A DNA stretch of 64,000 nucleotides from Lama glama (Eukaryota): the NCBI GenBank assembly GCA_028534125.1, contig CM052817.1, forward strand, positions 61,196,001-61,260,000, read 5' to 3'. The position numbers were made by a program, and so were the translations under genes. Below, one piece after another: positions 1 through 14,349 of this stretch. The notes under the pieces were generated by a model that worked only from the letters and a program-made list of their open reading frames with translations, made no database searches and was not told where the DNA came from. Numbering within the stretch: the stretch's first letter is position 1; the number at the start of each line of letters is the position of its first letter.

Positions 1-44
1 TGGAAAGTTGATATTTTATATAAACAAGCTCTTACTGTATTCTG

Positions 45-1473
45 TTAGTCTTTAAAGTGTGATCTGTGAACCTTAGAGGTCCCTAGGATCAAAACTATTT
101 CATAATAATGTTAAGACATTACTTGGTTTTTTTTTTTACAGTGTTGTATCAGTTTCAGGTACACAGCATAGTGTTCAGTTATGCATATGTATTCTTTTTC
201 ATATTCCCGGTGCTGTACAGTAGGACCTTGTTTACCTACCTCATATATAGTAGCTAGTATCTGTAAATCTCAAACTCCTGATTTATCTCTCCCCATCTTT
301 TCCCTTTGGTAACCATAAGTTTGCTTTCTGTATCTGTGAGTCTGTTTCTATTTTGTAAATAAATTCATTTGTGTCATTTTTTAAAATTACACCTATAATT
401 GATACCATATGGTATTTGTCTTTCTCTGTCTGACTTCACTTAATATCTTTTGAAACAAAATGTGAACTACCCTCTGCTGTGTACCAAAGTACAGTAGTTG
501 TCTCAAGAGAAAGCATTTGAGGAGTTGCTTTGAATGGTGATCTGAGCTTGTCATTCTTTTACAGAACACCATTTTTACTTGAAAGAATGAATGACCAGCA
601 AACTACATTTATGCAGATTTAGGTATTTAGCAGATATTTTCTCAAAAACGAACTGATATCAAGGAAGACAACTGACAGCATTTATTGCAAGTGATAAAAT
701 TCCAGTTTCAAAGAAAAAGTTTTAGAAAATATATCCACAGCTGTGAGTTTGACAATCTCTAGATATTTAGAACCAGTGGTGAGATTAATGAAAATAATTT
801 TTAAAATAAAATATCATGACTTGTCAACATTTAGAAGATCTGCATTAATCATTGAATGAACTAGTATTTTCCAAAAGACCAGTGCACACATACTAAAAAA
901 ATAATGCATGGGTTAAAGACCTATTAAAGTACGAGATAGACCAGTGGGTTTCAATGAAACAATGCGAAAGTTTATTAATGTTGTTTCAGATTCCACATTG
1001 CAGCAACCTTTAGAAAAACTACCATCTGTCAAATATGGATTTAGTGTCACAGAACAACAACAGCAATGTAAAAAGGCTATGAAAATATTTCTCCCTCCCC
1101 CAACTGTATAACTATGATCAGGCATGATTTTCCTCATAAACCTAAACAATATACTACAAAACAAAAGCAATATACTGCAAACAGGTTAATTGCACAGACA
1201 TGAGAATCTAGCTGTCTTCTATTAAACTAGAGATTTTCACAGATGTAAAACAATGCAACTCTTCTCACTGAATTTAGGGGGTTGGGGAAGGAGGGGATAT
1301 AGTTTTCATAAAGTATGTTAACATGTAAAGACTTTGTTTAATAAATAAATATTTAAACTTTTTTTTAGTTTCTGTCTTCTAATATAAATATCATAGACAA
1401 AATCTACATAAGCAGAACTCTTCAGGGCCCTCATTTTTTAAGAGTAAAGGAGGTCCTGAGTTTGAGGAATGTT
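45..1473 (+). mobile_element. hAT-Charlie1-like DNA transposon relic
   Basis: Recognisable ends ('aaagtgtgatctgtgaacc...caaaactatttcataataat' and 'ggtcctgagtttgaggaatgttg') and internal decayed transposase-like sequence. Confidence 0.7.
127..447 (-). mobile_element. Short L1 3'-end fragment inserted in a Charlie element
   Basis: Shares the motifs 'ccctttggtaaccataagttt' and 'gtgctgtacagtaggaccttg' with the long L1 3' ends. Confidence 0.8.
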
Positions 1474-2749
1474 GTTACATTGTAACCTTCCCTCATTCCC
1501 CCATATTATCAAACCACCTCCTCTTTTAATCACTTACCAGTCAGGCTATGGGGATACCACTTGGTTCAGTGTGGTATACATGTTAATGTATATATCTTGA
1601 TGGTATACATTACATATTCAGTAAAAGTTCTAAGTAATTGAGTACATGTAGGAGAGTAAGCACAACTTTTCCTTTATTTTTTACTGTCTTGTTAATGAAG
1701 CATATTAAGCATGAGTTTTAAAAATTGGTATGTCTTCACCATATATTTTGTACTATAATCTGTATATCATAAGGGGAGAAAAATCAAAAGAAAAGGTGAA
1801 TATATAATCAAGTTCAAGAAACTCTAGTTCTCCTTATACTCACTAATGGATTTTTAGAGCCCCCACAGGCATAAGACATTTGAATGACTAATTTTGAAAA
1901 AATTATTCTTCATTTTGAATGAAAAAGCTTTTTAAAGAAAAGTGGACAATCCACATCATTTTACAATAGCCCTTTTCAAGTGTAAGAAACCAGGACACTG
2001 TTGTTAAACTGTTCAAGTCATATACATTAGCTTTAGGTCAAACTTTTGATACAGTTAAGATCTAAATTTTTAGTTTTATGTATTATTTGTTGTATATCAG
2101 GAACACTGTAAAAAAGCAGATTCCATAGTACCTTCTTACTTATTTTACACTAATTGGATTGTAATTTTATTCCTTTGCATAATTATCAGAATTTGTAAGT
2201 GGCTTCATACATATGGCAGTTAACATAGCTGTGCTTGGTTCCAAAGCAAAGTTTTTTACTCCCGGCACACTCAACATTTATAAAATTGTTCTTTTCGAAT
2301 AATGTTGTGATTTGCTTTTCAGTATTGTTGCTAGGACTTCATTGCAGGAAGTTAAAAAATGTATTTTTAATGTCCTCCAGGCAATTGGTTATGTAGGTCT
2401 TGGTTAATGTTACTTACAAATATGGCTCAAGAGCCTTATAATAATGATTGCTGTCATTTCATGACAGTTAATAGGGGGAGGCCAAGAGTTTTAGGGTGTC
2501 AGTATTTAGACTTTTGGTCTTGGATTTTAGATCTGCTACTTTCTCCTATGACTTTGGACAAGTTGCTTTCTGTAAACCTTAGTTTATCTATAAAATTATG
2601 ATATAATGTGCCCTCAGAGTCATTGTAAGGATTGAATATGTGTTTCACTTAGGGACTTGATACTGAACAACAGTTAATGATAGCTATTGTTTTTTTAAAT
2701 CAGCACCTTTGAATTAAAGATCCATGTGGTCATTGCTTTTTAAAACATA

Positions 2750-3117
2750 CAACTGGTCCTCTTATCCATAGGTTCCCTCATCTACAGTTTCAACCAACTA
2801 CTATGGAAAATATTAAAAGAAAAAAATCCAGAAAGTTCCAAATAGCAAAACTTGCACTTGCCATACTGCAACTGTTTATTACAACTTTCGTATTTCATAT
2901 TTATTACAGCTTTCATATTTGTATTTACAACTAGTTACCTAGAATTTACACTGATACTAGGTATTATAAGTAATCTAGCTGTGTGCATAGGTTATATGCA
3001 AATAGATGCCATTTTATATAAGGGACTTGAGCATCCACCAGTTCTGGTGTGTGAGGGGGAAGCAGGGAGGCCCTGGAACCAATCGCCACAAACCTCAGGG
3101 ATACTGAGGGACAACTG
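2750..3117 (-). mobile_element. MER2-like TcMar-Tigger MITE
   Basis: TA flanks on both sides; end 'ctggaaccaatc...gatactgagggacaactg'; internal 'ccattttatataagggacttgagcatcca'. Confidence 0.8.
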
Positions 3118-3289
3118 TATTCACTAAACAAGGCACTGAATACTTTTACTTTAATATGAATTCCTTAAATCTGATCTCTTCTCCTCGAATGTATAAGGGA
3201 GAATAATTTTGAAACTCAGCCCTTGGAGAGAGAAAACCATGGTGGAATACTATACTCATCTGTTTTGGATAGACAGATGATGCCAACTT

Positions 3290-3668
3290 TATTAGTTTGT
3301 TAGGGTTGCCATAACAAAATACCACAGACTGGGTGGCTTAAATTGCAGACATTTATTTTCTCCCATATCTGGAGTCTAGAAGTCCAAGATCAAGGTGTTG
3401 GCAGGTTTAGTTTCTTTTACGGCCTTTCTGTTTGGTTTGCAGGTGGCCACCTTCCACTCTAAACTCACATCACCTTTCCTTCATGCACACACTTCCTTGG
3501 TGTCTCTCTCTTATAAGGACATCGGTTACATTGGATTAGGTCACTAACTTAATGGCCTCATTTTAGTTTAGTCACCTCTATGAAGGACTTGTCTCTAAAT
3601 ACATTACATTTTGAGGTACTGGAGGTTGAAATTTCAACATTTTGGAGGGGACATAATTTTGCCCATAA
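3290..3668 (-). mobile_element. MLT1-type (ERVL-MaLR) solo LTR
   Basis: 'agggttgccataacaaaataccacagactgggtggctta...agaagtccaagatcaaggtg'. Confidence 0.8.
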
Positions 3669-4135
3669 TTCCTATATTTGCATAAGAGCTAATGTTTGTT
3701 GGGTACTGGCTACGTGCCAGTTACTGAACTAAGTGCTTAATATATATCATCTGATTTTATGTGCACATTAGTCTTGTAATTATTACTATCTCTATTTTAC
3801 AGATGAAGACACTGAGACTTAAGAGATTCACTAACTTAACTAAGAGATGGGGTAGAAATTCAAGTCTTTTGGGCTCTAGTGTCTCCATGTTCTCTTAGGC
3901 AAGAACTGGGTACTAGGAAACAAAAGCACAAAGAGAAAAGGGTTAAAATGTTAAATACAAACCTCTGTTTTGCAGTGTCTACTAAGGTCTTCCTGGTAAG
4001 TAACCTGTGAAATGGGAAATCACTTAATGCCAGCGCTGGTTGACTGTTAATTTGTTCTTTAAAAACTGGGAGGAATTTGTGGTTTTAGGATGGAAACAGT
4101 GAATGAAGCTAAAGATTTTTAGCACATGACTATAA

Positions 4136-4381
<246 letters not shown>

Positions 4382-4544
4382 TAAGCAACTTAATAGATTC
4401 ATTCTATTTATGTATATAAGATTTGTTTTGAGAAAAAGTTACTCAAACTGAAAAATGTTGATGACTCCCCCCCTTTTTTTTTTTTGCCTTTTCCTGAGTG
4501 CAGCTTGCTCATTTTTTCCTAATTTAGAGATAAAGAGAGGTACA

Positions 4545-4588
4545 TGTGTGTGTATGTATGTGTGAGTGTGTGTGTGTGTGTGTGTGTG
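4545..4588. repeat. Imperfect (TG)n microsatellite
   Basis: Direct reading. Confidence 0.9.
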
Positions 4589-4789
4589 ATTCTGGATAAC
4601 TGATTTTCAAGAAAAAGTTTAGTGAGAGCAGAGATTTAATTTTTTAGTTCTCCATAGATAGGGAAGTTATTTTAACAAGTACCTTTGATTGTTTCTAACT
4701 GCTTTATGTTTTGTTCTTGAATCCTAGAGTCAAATCATTTTAACATTTTTGGGACACATTTTGTGAGTTAGCACAGAGCTTGTATTATT

Positions 4790-5950
4790 CTTAGGTAGAC
4801 AGTAAATAAATAAAAAATACAATATGTTAAATATGGGCAAAAGGGAAGGGAAATACAGAGTTTGGGGTCAGGGTTAAGGGCATGTTCCTAAAGACTACAG
4901 TTGGAAAGGCTCCATTGAGAAGATGATATTTGAGCAAAGACGTGAAGGAGCTAAGAAAGGGAACCTATGGATATAGTGGGAGGGGCTTTGGGAATATAAA
5001 TTGCCTGTTTAATGACCCTGAAGTGATATGCCTGTTATTTTTGAGGAAAGTAGGGGAGTAATAATACAAAGTGAAGGACCTGAGGTCATAAGATGAAGAG
5101 TGGGATAGAGAAAGGGCTTAATCATGTTCATGTTAAGCCCATAGGCTGTTTGGTTTTTATTCTGAATGAGATGGGAAGCTAATGGAGCATATTGAGAGAG
5201 GAGTAAAATAATCTGACTTGCATATTTAAAAGTCTTTGAGGCTGTAGGAGAGTAGTAGTTAGAAGTATGAATGCTGTTGTGATAACCAACGGCAAAAATG
5301 ATGGAAGCTTAGACCATGCTAGTTAGCCTGTGGGAGTGATAAGAAGTGGGTTAGGTTCTGGATATGCTCCGAAGATAGAACAGAGAAGATTTATTGATAG
5401 ATTTCAAATGGAATAGGAGAGAAAGGAATCAAGGATGACCCTAAGATATTTGGCTTGGACAACTGAAAGGATGGAGTTAACACTAACTGGGATAAAGAAT
5501 ACTCTCTTGGGTATGGTGGGGGAGCACCTTTTGAAGGAAAGATTGGCAGTTCAGTCTTGGACATTCTGTGATTGAGAAGACTCTTAGACATCTAAGTAGA
5601 CATGTCAGGTAGGCAACTGGATTTGTGATATGTGGGTTCTGGAGAGAGGTCTCGGTTCCATATCTAAATTTAGGAATTGTCAGGATATAGATTTGATATT
5701 TAAATGTACATGATTAGATGAAATCACTAAGAGATACGAGTATAGCTGGAAAAGAGAAGATCTCTTAGTTTAAGGGCTTAAGCCAGGGGAACTATGGATT
5801 CTAAGAACAGGAAGGTGGGAAGAAACCTGTAGAAGGTTCTAAGAAGAAGCAGTCACTGAGATAAGAGAAAAGTCAAAAGTCATCAGAAGCTTAGTGAATA
5901 AGTGTTGCAGAAAGGTGCAAGAGATCAACTGTCCACTGCTAAGATGAGTT
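4790..5950 (-). mobile_element. LINE-2 fragment
   Basis: Purine-rich L2-like motifs ('ttttattctgaatgagatgggaagc', 'gaatcaaggatgacc', 'gttcagtcttggacat'). Confidence 0.65.
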
Positions 5951-6079
5951 CTTAAAATGAACTTTTTGTACAAGGCCCCGATGTACATGCCTTTATCCTG
6001 AACTTCACTCTGAAATAAAAAATTAGTGAAGATCCTGTGCAGTAAATCCTGAGAAAAATTGATACATTAGCACTCCAAT

Positions 6080-8310
6080 TTTTACTTTTTATTTTGAAAA
6101 ACTTTTCGACTTACAGAAAAGTTGCAAGTCCACAGTCCTTTCAAAAAGTTTCACCCATTGTTAACATTTCCCCACATTTATCACCTTCATAAAATAATGA
6201 TTAGAATTATTACTGAAACCTTTCCCTCTCATAATTTCATATTTATCTCCTAAGAATAAGATCATTCTCTTACATAACTAAAGTAGCATTTCAAATTCAG
6301 AAATACCAATTAACTTTGGTACTATACTGCTAATACAGTCCATATTTAAATTTTATCAGTTTTCCCAATAATGTTCTTGATAGTAGCGCTACTCAGAGTA
6401 GTGGTTTGTCAATTACAACTGTGCCCTATAATATAAATCAATGTACTCATTTCTTGACCAAGAAATCTTATAATGGGGGAAAAATCAGCTGAACTAAGCA
6501 ATGTGCTTTAGTAATGTAGTTGTTTTTCCTTCTGGTTTTAAATTTCTTATCTTACCATGGACAGATAACTAAACAGTTTCATTTCATGGACCATATTTTG
6601 AATAGTACTTTATCTAAAATTTTCCCCAGCAATATGTTGGATTTAGTTTGTCATGTGTATTTAATCTTGTTCAATCTGAAAGTTTCTCAGTCTTCTTGAT
6701 TCTCATGATATTGGCCTTTGAAGCTAACAGGCCATTTTTCTTTTTAGGATATCTCTATTTCTACATCCCGGATTTTTCTTCTTGATTAAATTTAGATTAA
6801 GTGGCATGAGCTACAACAGTGATTTTGTGTCTTCTTCAGCGTGTCATGTTAGGAGGCACGCTGATAATTAGTGAAGTGAACTTTATCCACTCAGAAACCT
6901 GCCGGGTTTCTTCTGTAAAGTTAACCATTTTCCCCTTTGTAATGATCAAGTCATCTGTCACTTTTAAGACAGGTAACGATCCTCCTCCTCAGCAGACTGC
7001 CCTTCAGTAGTTGTGGCGTCTGTTGATGATTCTTGCGTGCGTCAGTTATTACAATAGTAGTAGTGAAATGTGATATTCTAACTGGCGTTCTAGAATTTAT
7101 ACTTTTATTATTTGATGTTCTACTATAGATAGTTTTCCCTTTTCCCTTTATTCATTTATTCATATATTTAGTTAGTACAGTAAATAAAAAAATGGAATTG
7201 TAGGTACTTTTCTGCTCAATAGGTTATAATCTATTACTACTGTTACTCATTTTGATGTTCAAATTGCTCAGTTTTGGCAGATGAGGACCCCTTTCAGCAG
7301 ACTCTGGTTTGGAGAGGTTCCTGTCATTTTTTGACCCTTTCCTTTCTGGCACAAGATGTTCCAGACTAGTACTTCCCCTACTCAAGGCCTGAAATTAGAA
7401 TTTGCCATTCTCCAAGTATCACTGTTCCTTTTAAAGGAAATAGTATTTGGAAATCTGAGGACTAGGTGTGTTCTTTCTTTGCTATTGGGTGAAGCAGGGG
7501 ATTATGTCATTGCCATTTCAGCAAAATGGGCTAAGATGTATGAGACGGGGAGAATTTTTTGTTGTTGTTTTTTAAAATCAGGAGTTTATGATGATATATT
7601 TAATTATAATCTACTGCTACAGGGCTCTTCCTTGCCTATCCAGATTTCCTTCTCTGACAGTGACAGCTCTGCTTCCACCAGTTTCAGTATATTTGCTAAT
7701 TTGTTCAATCATCCAGTATACATAAAATAGTTTCAGAATTGTTGTAACCATACCACTTGACCATTAAGCCCCCTGAGAGTTCAAGATTTGAGGGTATATG
7801 GTTAAAGTGTTTGGATTATTTATTTAAGTTTTTCTTTTAAAGATCAGTTCATTAATTTCTGTTTGTATTCCTTTTAGAGTTTTTCCCTTGTCCCTTTTTT
7901 AAATTTTACTTTTAAATATTTAAAATATTAACATGGTCCCAAAAATCAAAACTCTGCGTAGAATGTGCTTAGAGAAGTGTTAACTTCCTATCCCTTTTCC
8001 TTCCAGCCCCGTCCCTCACCCCATCTCAGAATTAACCAGTTTGTTTTGTTTCTATTCATACTTTTTCTTTCATATATCTTTTTTTCTCTTGCTTTTTATA
8101 CAAAAGATAGTGCTATATAACTTGTGCTGTGTATGAATAGATACAAATATATCTACACACAGTTATTCTTTGTTTTGTTAGCAGTATATAAATATATTCT
8201 AGAAATCATGTCAGCTCATAAAAATACTTAATTCTTTTTAACAACTCCATAGTACTGTATTATATGAATGTTCCGTAGTTACAATCAGTACCCATGCATG
8301 AGTCTTTTTG
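6080..8310 (-). mobile_element. Old L1M (L1MC/ME-like) 3' region, interrupted by a hAT MITE at ~6383-6610
   Basis: 'tttattttgaaaaacttttcgacttacagaaaagttgcaa' L1M 3' end; MITE ends 'agcgctactcagag' / 'ttttgaatagtact'. Confidence 0.55.
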
Positions 8311-8315
8311 GTTAT

Positions 8316-8541
8316 CACGGTTTCTTACCTTGACACTATTGACATTTTGGACCAGGTAGCTCTTTGTTGTGAGGGACTGTTCTTTACGTTGTAGGATGTT
8401 TATCGAACCCCCTGTCCTCTACCAGCTAAATGCTAGGTTGCATTTCCCTAGTCAAGACAATCAAAAATGTCTCCAGACATTGCCAAATGTTCTCTGGAGA
8501 TGGAATCCGCCTGTGCCCTGCCCCCTGACTCGAGGACCACT
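8316..8541 (+). mobile_element. MER20 (hAT-Charlie)
   Basis: 'cactattgacattttggaccagg...aaaaatgtctccagacattgccaaatgt'. Confidence 0.85.
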
Positions 8542-11175
8542 AATACAGATAATAGAAACTGGCAGTTGATGAAATCTTTCAGGAAGCATTAATAAACAAG
8601 AAGGGTCTGAAGATAGAATCCTAGGTAATACTGACAATTCAAGAAGGTGAAAAAAGGAGGAAAGCCTTCTGCAGAGATTAAGGACAGGCTAAGAGATACA
8701 GAGAAAATCAGAAGTAATAGAACCTTTATGCAGTGAAGTTTCGGATGGGGCCAGATTTTCAAAGAGCGACAATGTACAGAACCACAGAGGAGCAGATAAC
8801 CAATGAAAAATTTGTTTTGTTTTGTTTTCAAATCACACTTGATGTTTTAGAGGATATCATTGCCCTTAGAACAGTTTCACCAAAGTGGTGGGGCAGAGGA
8901 TATAAAACAGTAAATTAAGAACTACATAGGAAATGAGGAAATAGAAAGTCACTCTTACAACATTTATGAAGTTGACAGGAGAATTTGTTTATTTCATTGC
9001 TGTGTCCACCGTGCCTAGAACCTCTGGCACATTGAATGAAATGCAGTCTTGAGCACATGATAGGCTTAGGAGAAAGAGTTTAAGGAGAGAGAAAAGATTG
9101 GAAGAGAAGATAATAGATAGTTAAGCAGGGCCCTGTAGGAAGTAGAAAGGGCTAGAATCCCTTAACACAGAGGGGACTTTGACAGAAGGGGATAACTTGA
9201 TTGATCTGCGACTGGATAAAAGTACACATAGTGGTCAATTCTTGTTCTTGTGGAATTTTTTCTTTTATTTTTAAAGCTTCAGTCATACAAGATAATTAAT
9301 AAATAATGAACATATATATATGCCACCTGTATTTAATAATTGTTTTCCCTGTTTTTCATTGTTTTATTGATTACTGTTATTAGCTGAAGTATTTTAAAGT
9401 AAATTGTAGATGTCCCCAACATTTCTCCCCTTAATACTTGGCTATATATCCCCCTTCCAAAAAAAGAATGCTGTTATCAATGAACAAATTTTTACATCAT
9501 CTAATTCCCAGTTTATATTCAGATTTCATGTGTTTTGTAGCTGATTGTTCAAACAAAGATCTAAACAAGGAACATCTACTACAAGTGGATGTTAAGACTC
9601 TTCCCTTTCTTTTGATCTTAAAATAATCAACTCCCCTCCTCCTCTTTTTTTTAAGGATTTTAACTTTTTAAAGAAATCAAATGTTTTCTTTAAAAAAATA
9701 GACTTTTCTGATTGTCTCTTCATGATGGTATTGAATCTATTCCTTTATCATTTGTATTTCCTGTAACTGGACATTAAGTCCAAGGCATGCTAAGATACTT
9801 GGTCAGCATGAAGACCTACTACATCAAGAGTCACTTGAGTTTGTCCTACAGAGTTGTGATCAATCTGATCACTAGGATAAGGTTGTGATGATCAGGAAAA
9901 TAAGGACCTTTGAGGTGTTTATTCAGTACAGGAATTAAGAAAGTATTCCAACGTGAATGCTTTCATTTTCTTGGTGAACTAAGAGACAAAACAGATAGGA
10001 AGTATCCATGTAGTGAGGCAGAGTGAAAATTTAGAGTTGGGCACATTAGGAATGAGAAGTCTGGGTATAATGGAAACAGACACACATAATTGTCTTCAAA
10101 TATTGAAGGACAGGCATAACGTTAAGAGATTTATTTTACCTTGTTACTTTAGAGCAGTTTTTCAGAGCAAAGTTCAAGAAGTCAATCTAGAAACTTGGTA
10201 AAAATACATATTCCTAGTCCTGCAGAATCTGTTTTTAAATGTTTTCAGGGAATTCTTATGCATAACCAGTGCCCTAATAGGTAACAGCTGAACTAAGATG
10301 AACAGATACAGAGAAGTTACTAAAATACAGGTCCTGGATAAGTGTCTAAGAGAGCTGTCCGAAAAGAGAATTAGCTGCATAATAAAGTCTGCAGTCTCTG
10401 GCACTAGGCATACACTTAAGTGTATTTCTTTCTCTGATCTTTATAACTTCTACCTGTTTGTTGTATTTCTGCTTTCTGATCTTCAGAATGCTTACTATGG
10501 TAGAAAACCAAAATTTCAAAATGAGATTTTTTTTGTTTGGGAGATAGATGAGTAAATTTGGCCCCAAATGTCTTCTATATAGGGTAAACATATAAACTGA
10601 AATGGAGTGAGATTAAAGTTAGTTGTTGTAGGATGAAGCCTTATGTAAAATTAAGTGCTCACTGTCTACTGAAGAAATGTTTTGTTCCTGGTAGACATTC
10701 TGATCCTAAATGGGACCATCTGATTTTAACACTTTGATTTTGATCACCTGGGTAGGCTATGAAAATTCCTTTATCTTTGTCTTAGTGTACACTTCATTAA
10801 TTTCTGTGGAGCAACATGACAACAGCCATCTTTTATGCAGAGTGTAAGTGAAAAAATAGTAGGAAAGAGAAGGTGAGCATGCAATAAATGAGTATGGATC
10901 TTAACAAAATCAGTGCAGGTTTTTGTTCTTTTCTATCCCAGACTAGATAATTTGAGATATTTTCAAAGAATATTGACTTCGGAATTGTAAATTTATATAC
11001 ACAGTCATACTGAAATGAAAAAAGTTATTTTAATCTTTGACAGGTATAGATTAAATTTATTATTAAAAAGAACTATAGAGATACTGTATTTTATATAAAT
11101 GCATATGCACAGTTATAATGAAATAACATTGGTAATACGTTAAAATACTGTGTTTTTCTCTGAAAATATTTTTAG

Positions 11176-11347
11176 TTCTGAGCCATCTGAAGATGAAGAG
11201 TCCCAAGGCCTTCCTACCATGGCAGGTAGAAATAATAATGATATTTCAGAACTGGAAGACCTTTCGGAATTGGAAGACCTTAAAGATGCTAAACTTCAGA
11301 CCTTGAAGGAACTTTTTCCACAGAGAAGTGACAGTGATTTACTTAAG
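11176..11347 (+). CDS. SMARCAD1: SMARCAD1 exon 4 (172 nt): [14 protein letters not shown]...[11 protein letters not shown] (start of CUE1)
   Basis: tttag| acceptor, AAG|gttata donor; lies within ORF 11150..11380; phase fits exon 3. Confidence 0.95.
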
Positions 11348-11609
11348 GTTATACCCTTTTATAGTAATTGGTTATTATAGCTGTAATGATGATTAAAATG
11401 TCTCCTATATCCAATGGTATATATTGTGGATAGTCACTTTTCTCAAGATAGCTTTTGAAGATAATTATTAACTTTTATATAATAAAGGCAAATGCCAAGG
11501 ATTTACTTGTTGAGAATCTTAACTTACAGTAAGTGTGGTTTATTCACCTATAAATAATATAATTTGATCTTCTCTCGATATCTCTCATAGGTTATGCATT
11601 TTTTGTGTT

Positions 11610-11830
11610 TGAATGGTTCTAAAATGGGGACACCCCTCTTACCTTCGTCTCCCACTGGAAACTCAGAAATGTCAGGAGGCTTTTTTTCTTTCTCTCCCCA
11701 TAGTAACAAGGGGTTGCTATTGATATTTAGTGCCATATGGTCAGGGGTGCTAAACACCCTCCAGCACTGAGGACAGTCCTGTAGAGCGAACGAATTGTCC
11801 TGCCAGTAGCACCCTTGCTGAGAAATACTG
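11610..11830. mobile_element. MER20B/MER5-like hAT MITE
   Basis: Ends 'aatggttcta' / 'gagaaatactg'; internal 'ggggtgctaaacaccct...ggacagtcc'. Confidence 0.5.
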
Positions 11831-12124
11831 GTTGACCTATAGAAACAAAATGAGTGGCTGTAGTTGGACTATAATAGGTATGTAATAGGTACCTATCTCT
11901 TACTATAGAGAAGATAAAAATTGACTGTTCAGTTGAGTTTTACACAGATTAAGTCTCTGAAGATTAGATTAGTAAGTAGTTTATCCCTAGATCTGCCACT
12001 TAGTAGTCGAATGATCTTAAGGGAATCATTTCATTGCAGGTTCAGATATTTTTCACCTTTGTGCTTATCATCACCACCACCATCCCCAATTCCCCTCCAC
12101 CAGTCTGAAGCTTAGGAGTATTTG

Positions 12125-12740
12125 TATGGGCTGGACAAGTAACTTTGAAATGGTGGACACTGGTGCATACCCTTTCTAAAAGGGGTAGCTGCTCCTTAGC
12201 TTCAGCAGTATACGACCGACCATGTGATGTCACTGACAGCCTGTTTTTATCAGATCAGATTTTTCAAATACAGTGAAAAGACTGGATTTTTATTTAGTGT
12301 TGATCATCAATTTAACAGCTTTATTGAGGTATAATTTAAATGCCATAAAAATCACCTACTTAATGTGTATAATTGGAGTTTAGTATATTTACAAAGTTGT
12401 GCAGCCATCACCATAATCTAATTTTAGAACATTTTAACAGAAAGAAACCTTGTATCCATTAGCAATCACTCCCCTTTTCTCTCCCCTAGCCCTAGGCAAC
12501 CTCTAACCTGTATTTATAGATTTGCCTATTCTGGATATTTTGTGTAGATGGGATCATGTAGTATGTGATTTTTGTGACTGACTTCTTTCACTTAGCATAA
12601 GGTTTTGAGGTTCATCCATGTTGTATCAGTTCTTTGTTCCTTTTTATGGTAACTAATGTACAGAACGAGAAAAAATATTCAGGCCAGATAAAACATTTCT
12701 GAACAGAAGGTGGTCCTAGGCCTGTTAGTTTGAACTCTTA
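12125..12740. mobile_element. MER102-like hAT relic split by an L1MB-like 3' fragment (~12310-12655, - strand)
   Basis: 'cagatcagatttttcaa...ctggatttttat' then 'acagctttattgaggtataattt...' then 'ggccagataaaacatttctg'. Confidence 0.55.
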
Positions 12741-13790
12741 AGTGTAGATTGTATTATTCCTATTGTTCTCTGGTATTTTTAACATGAATTGTTTTTTCCT
12801 GAATCATTTTGATACCTTCTTTCTGTTAGCTAAATTATGAAACTTTAATGGTATCTTGGACCTACACTTTCTCCTGCTGGTAGTAGTATTTGCCTCATGA
12901 TGTGATTTTTTTCTAGAAAAAGAAAGAAAGAATGTAGTCACTCATAGCAACATTTACAATGTTGGAAAGAGCTTTCAACAGCATAAACATGGTGAAATAT
13001 TAAAATATTCAACATAAAGAAACAAATCTCAGTTTAAAAATACTTTAGCTTGATTCCCAATTTTTCATGTAGCTCAAGGGGATTATTTCCTGTAGAAACA
13101 TCTCTAATTTTATAATTACAGTGGGAAAATAATATTGATACGTGGACTTGGTATTTGTATTTCATTAGAATTGAAATTTGGGGAATTTAGCAAATCACTT
13201 ACTCCAAAGCAGAGCACTGTCTTGAAGTAATCTGAATTTCAAGTAATCTCTCATTGTTTTGAAAGATTTAAAGGTGACATTTGTAAATTACTCTACAGAG
13301 GCTTTTAGATCCATATATAATAATTCAGGAAGTTGTAAAATATAAATATAGTCCTAGGCTTGATAAGAATATGCTTTGGCTGTTTTGAAAATGAGGAGGG
13401 GCTTATAGGATATCTGAGGATCCAGTATGAGAAAAACTAGTATAGAAAAGAGCATTCCCAATTGAAGGCTATTTAATACAAAAAAGCTTATTTTTTAAGC
13501 CAAGATCTTTTTGAAACAAGTAACTCATTGGCAATGTAGGAAACTTAACAAGAAAATCATAGGATATCCAGTGTCTTCTGAAATCTGAAATGTTACAGAA
13601 TAATATAAAAAAATAGGATATTGAAACTTAATTATGTAAGCCATATATTATTATGTTCTTGAACAAATTCAAGCAATTTAGTAATACAGCAAAAAATCAA
13701 GAGCCCTTTATCCCACTCATCTTAAGAAGTACTGGATTTTAAAAATATTATTTCAGAATTGTGGTTCGTTGTAAATATTTATCACTGTAT

Positions 13791-13871
13791 CCTCTCTCTC
13801 CTTGCCTCCCCTGCTCTCTTTTTCTCTCTCTTTCTCCCTCTCTCTCTCACTCACACACACATACACACACA
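13791..13871. repeat. Compound (CT)n-(CA)n microsatellite
   Basis: Direct reading. Confidence 0.85.
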
Positions 13872-14235
13872 TCCCCCACACAGTGCCTGGACTCACTTGT
13901 AAGTAGGAAGTTTTTGAGACTTCAGTGTACAACTTTGCAATTAAAATAACAAAAATCTTGACTATACTGTCATACTGGACTATGTTTTAATTTTCCCTTT
14001 ATACTGATGATAAGTAAATCCAATACATTTTAAGATATGCTCAGATAAATTTGGACTTTTTAGATAAACAACATTTTCTGAAAATTTATCATAGGACTTA
14101 ATGAACTTAAGCTGTTATGTACATATTTCTCCACTTTGTATTTTTAATGCATTTGTTCTTAAATATTTTGGTAACTTTGTGAAATAATTCTTAGAATATT
14201 ACTTTTAAAATAGTAATCTTCTCTCATTTTATTAG

Positions 14236-14349
<114 letters not shown>

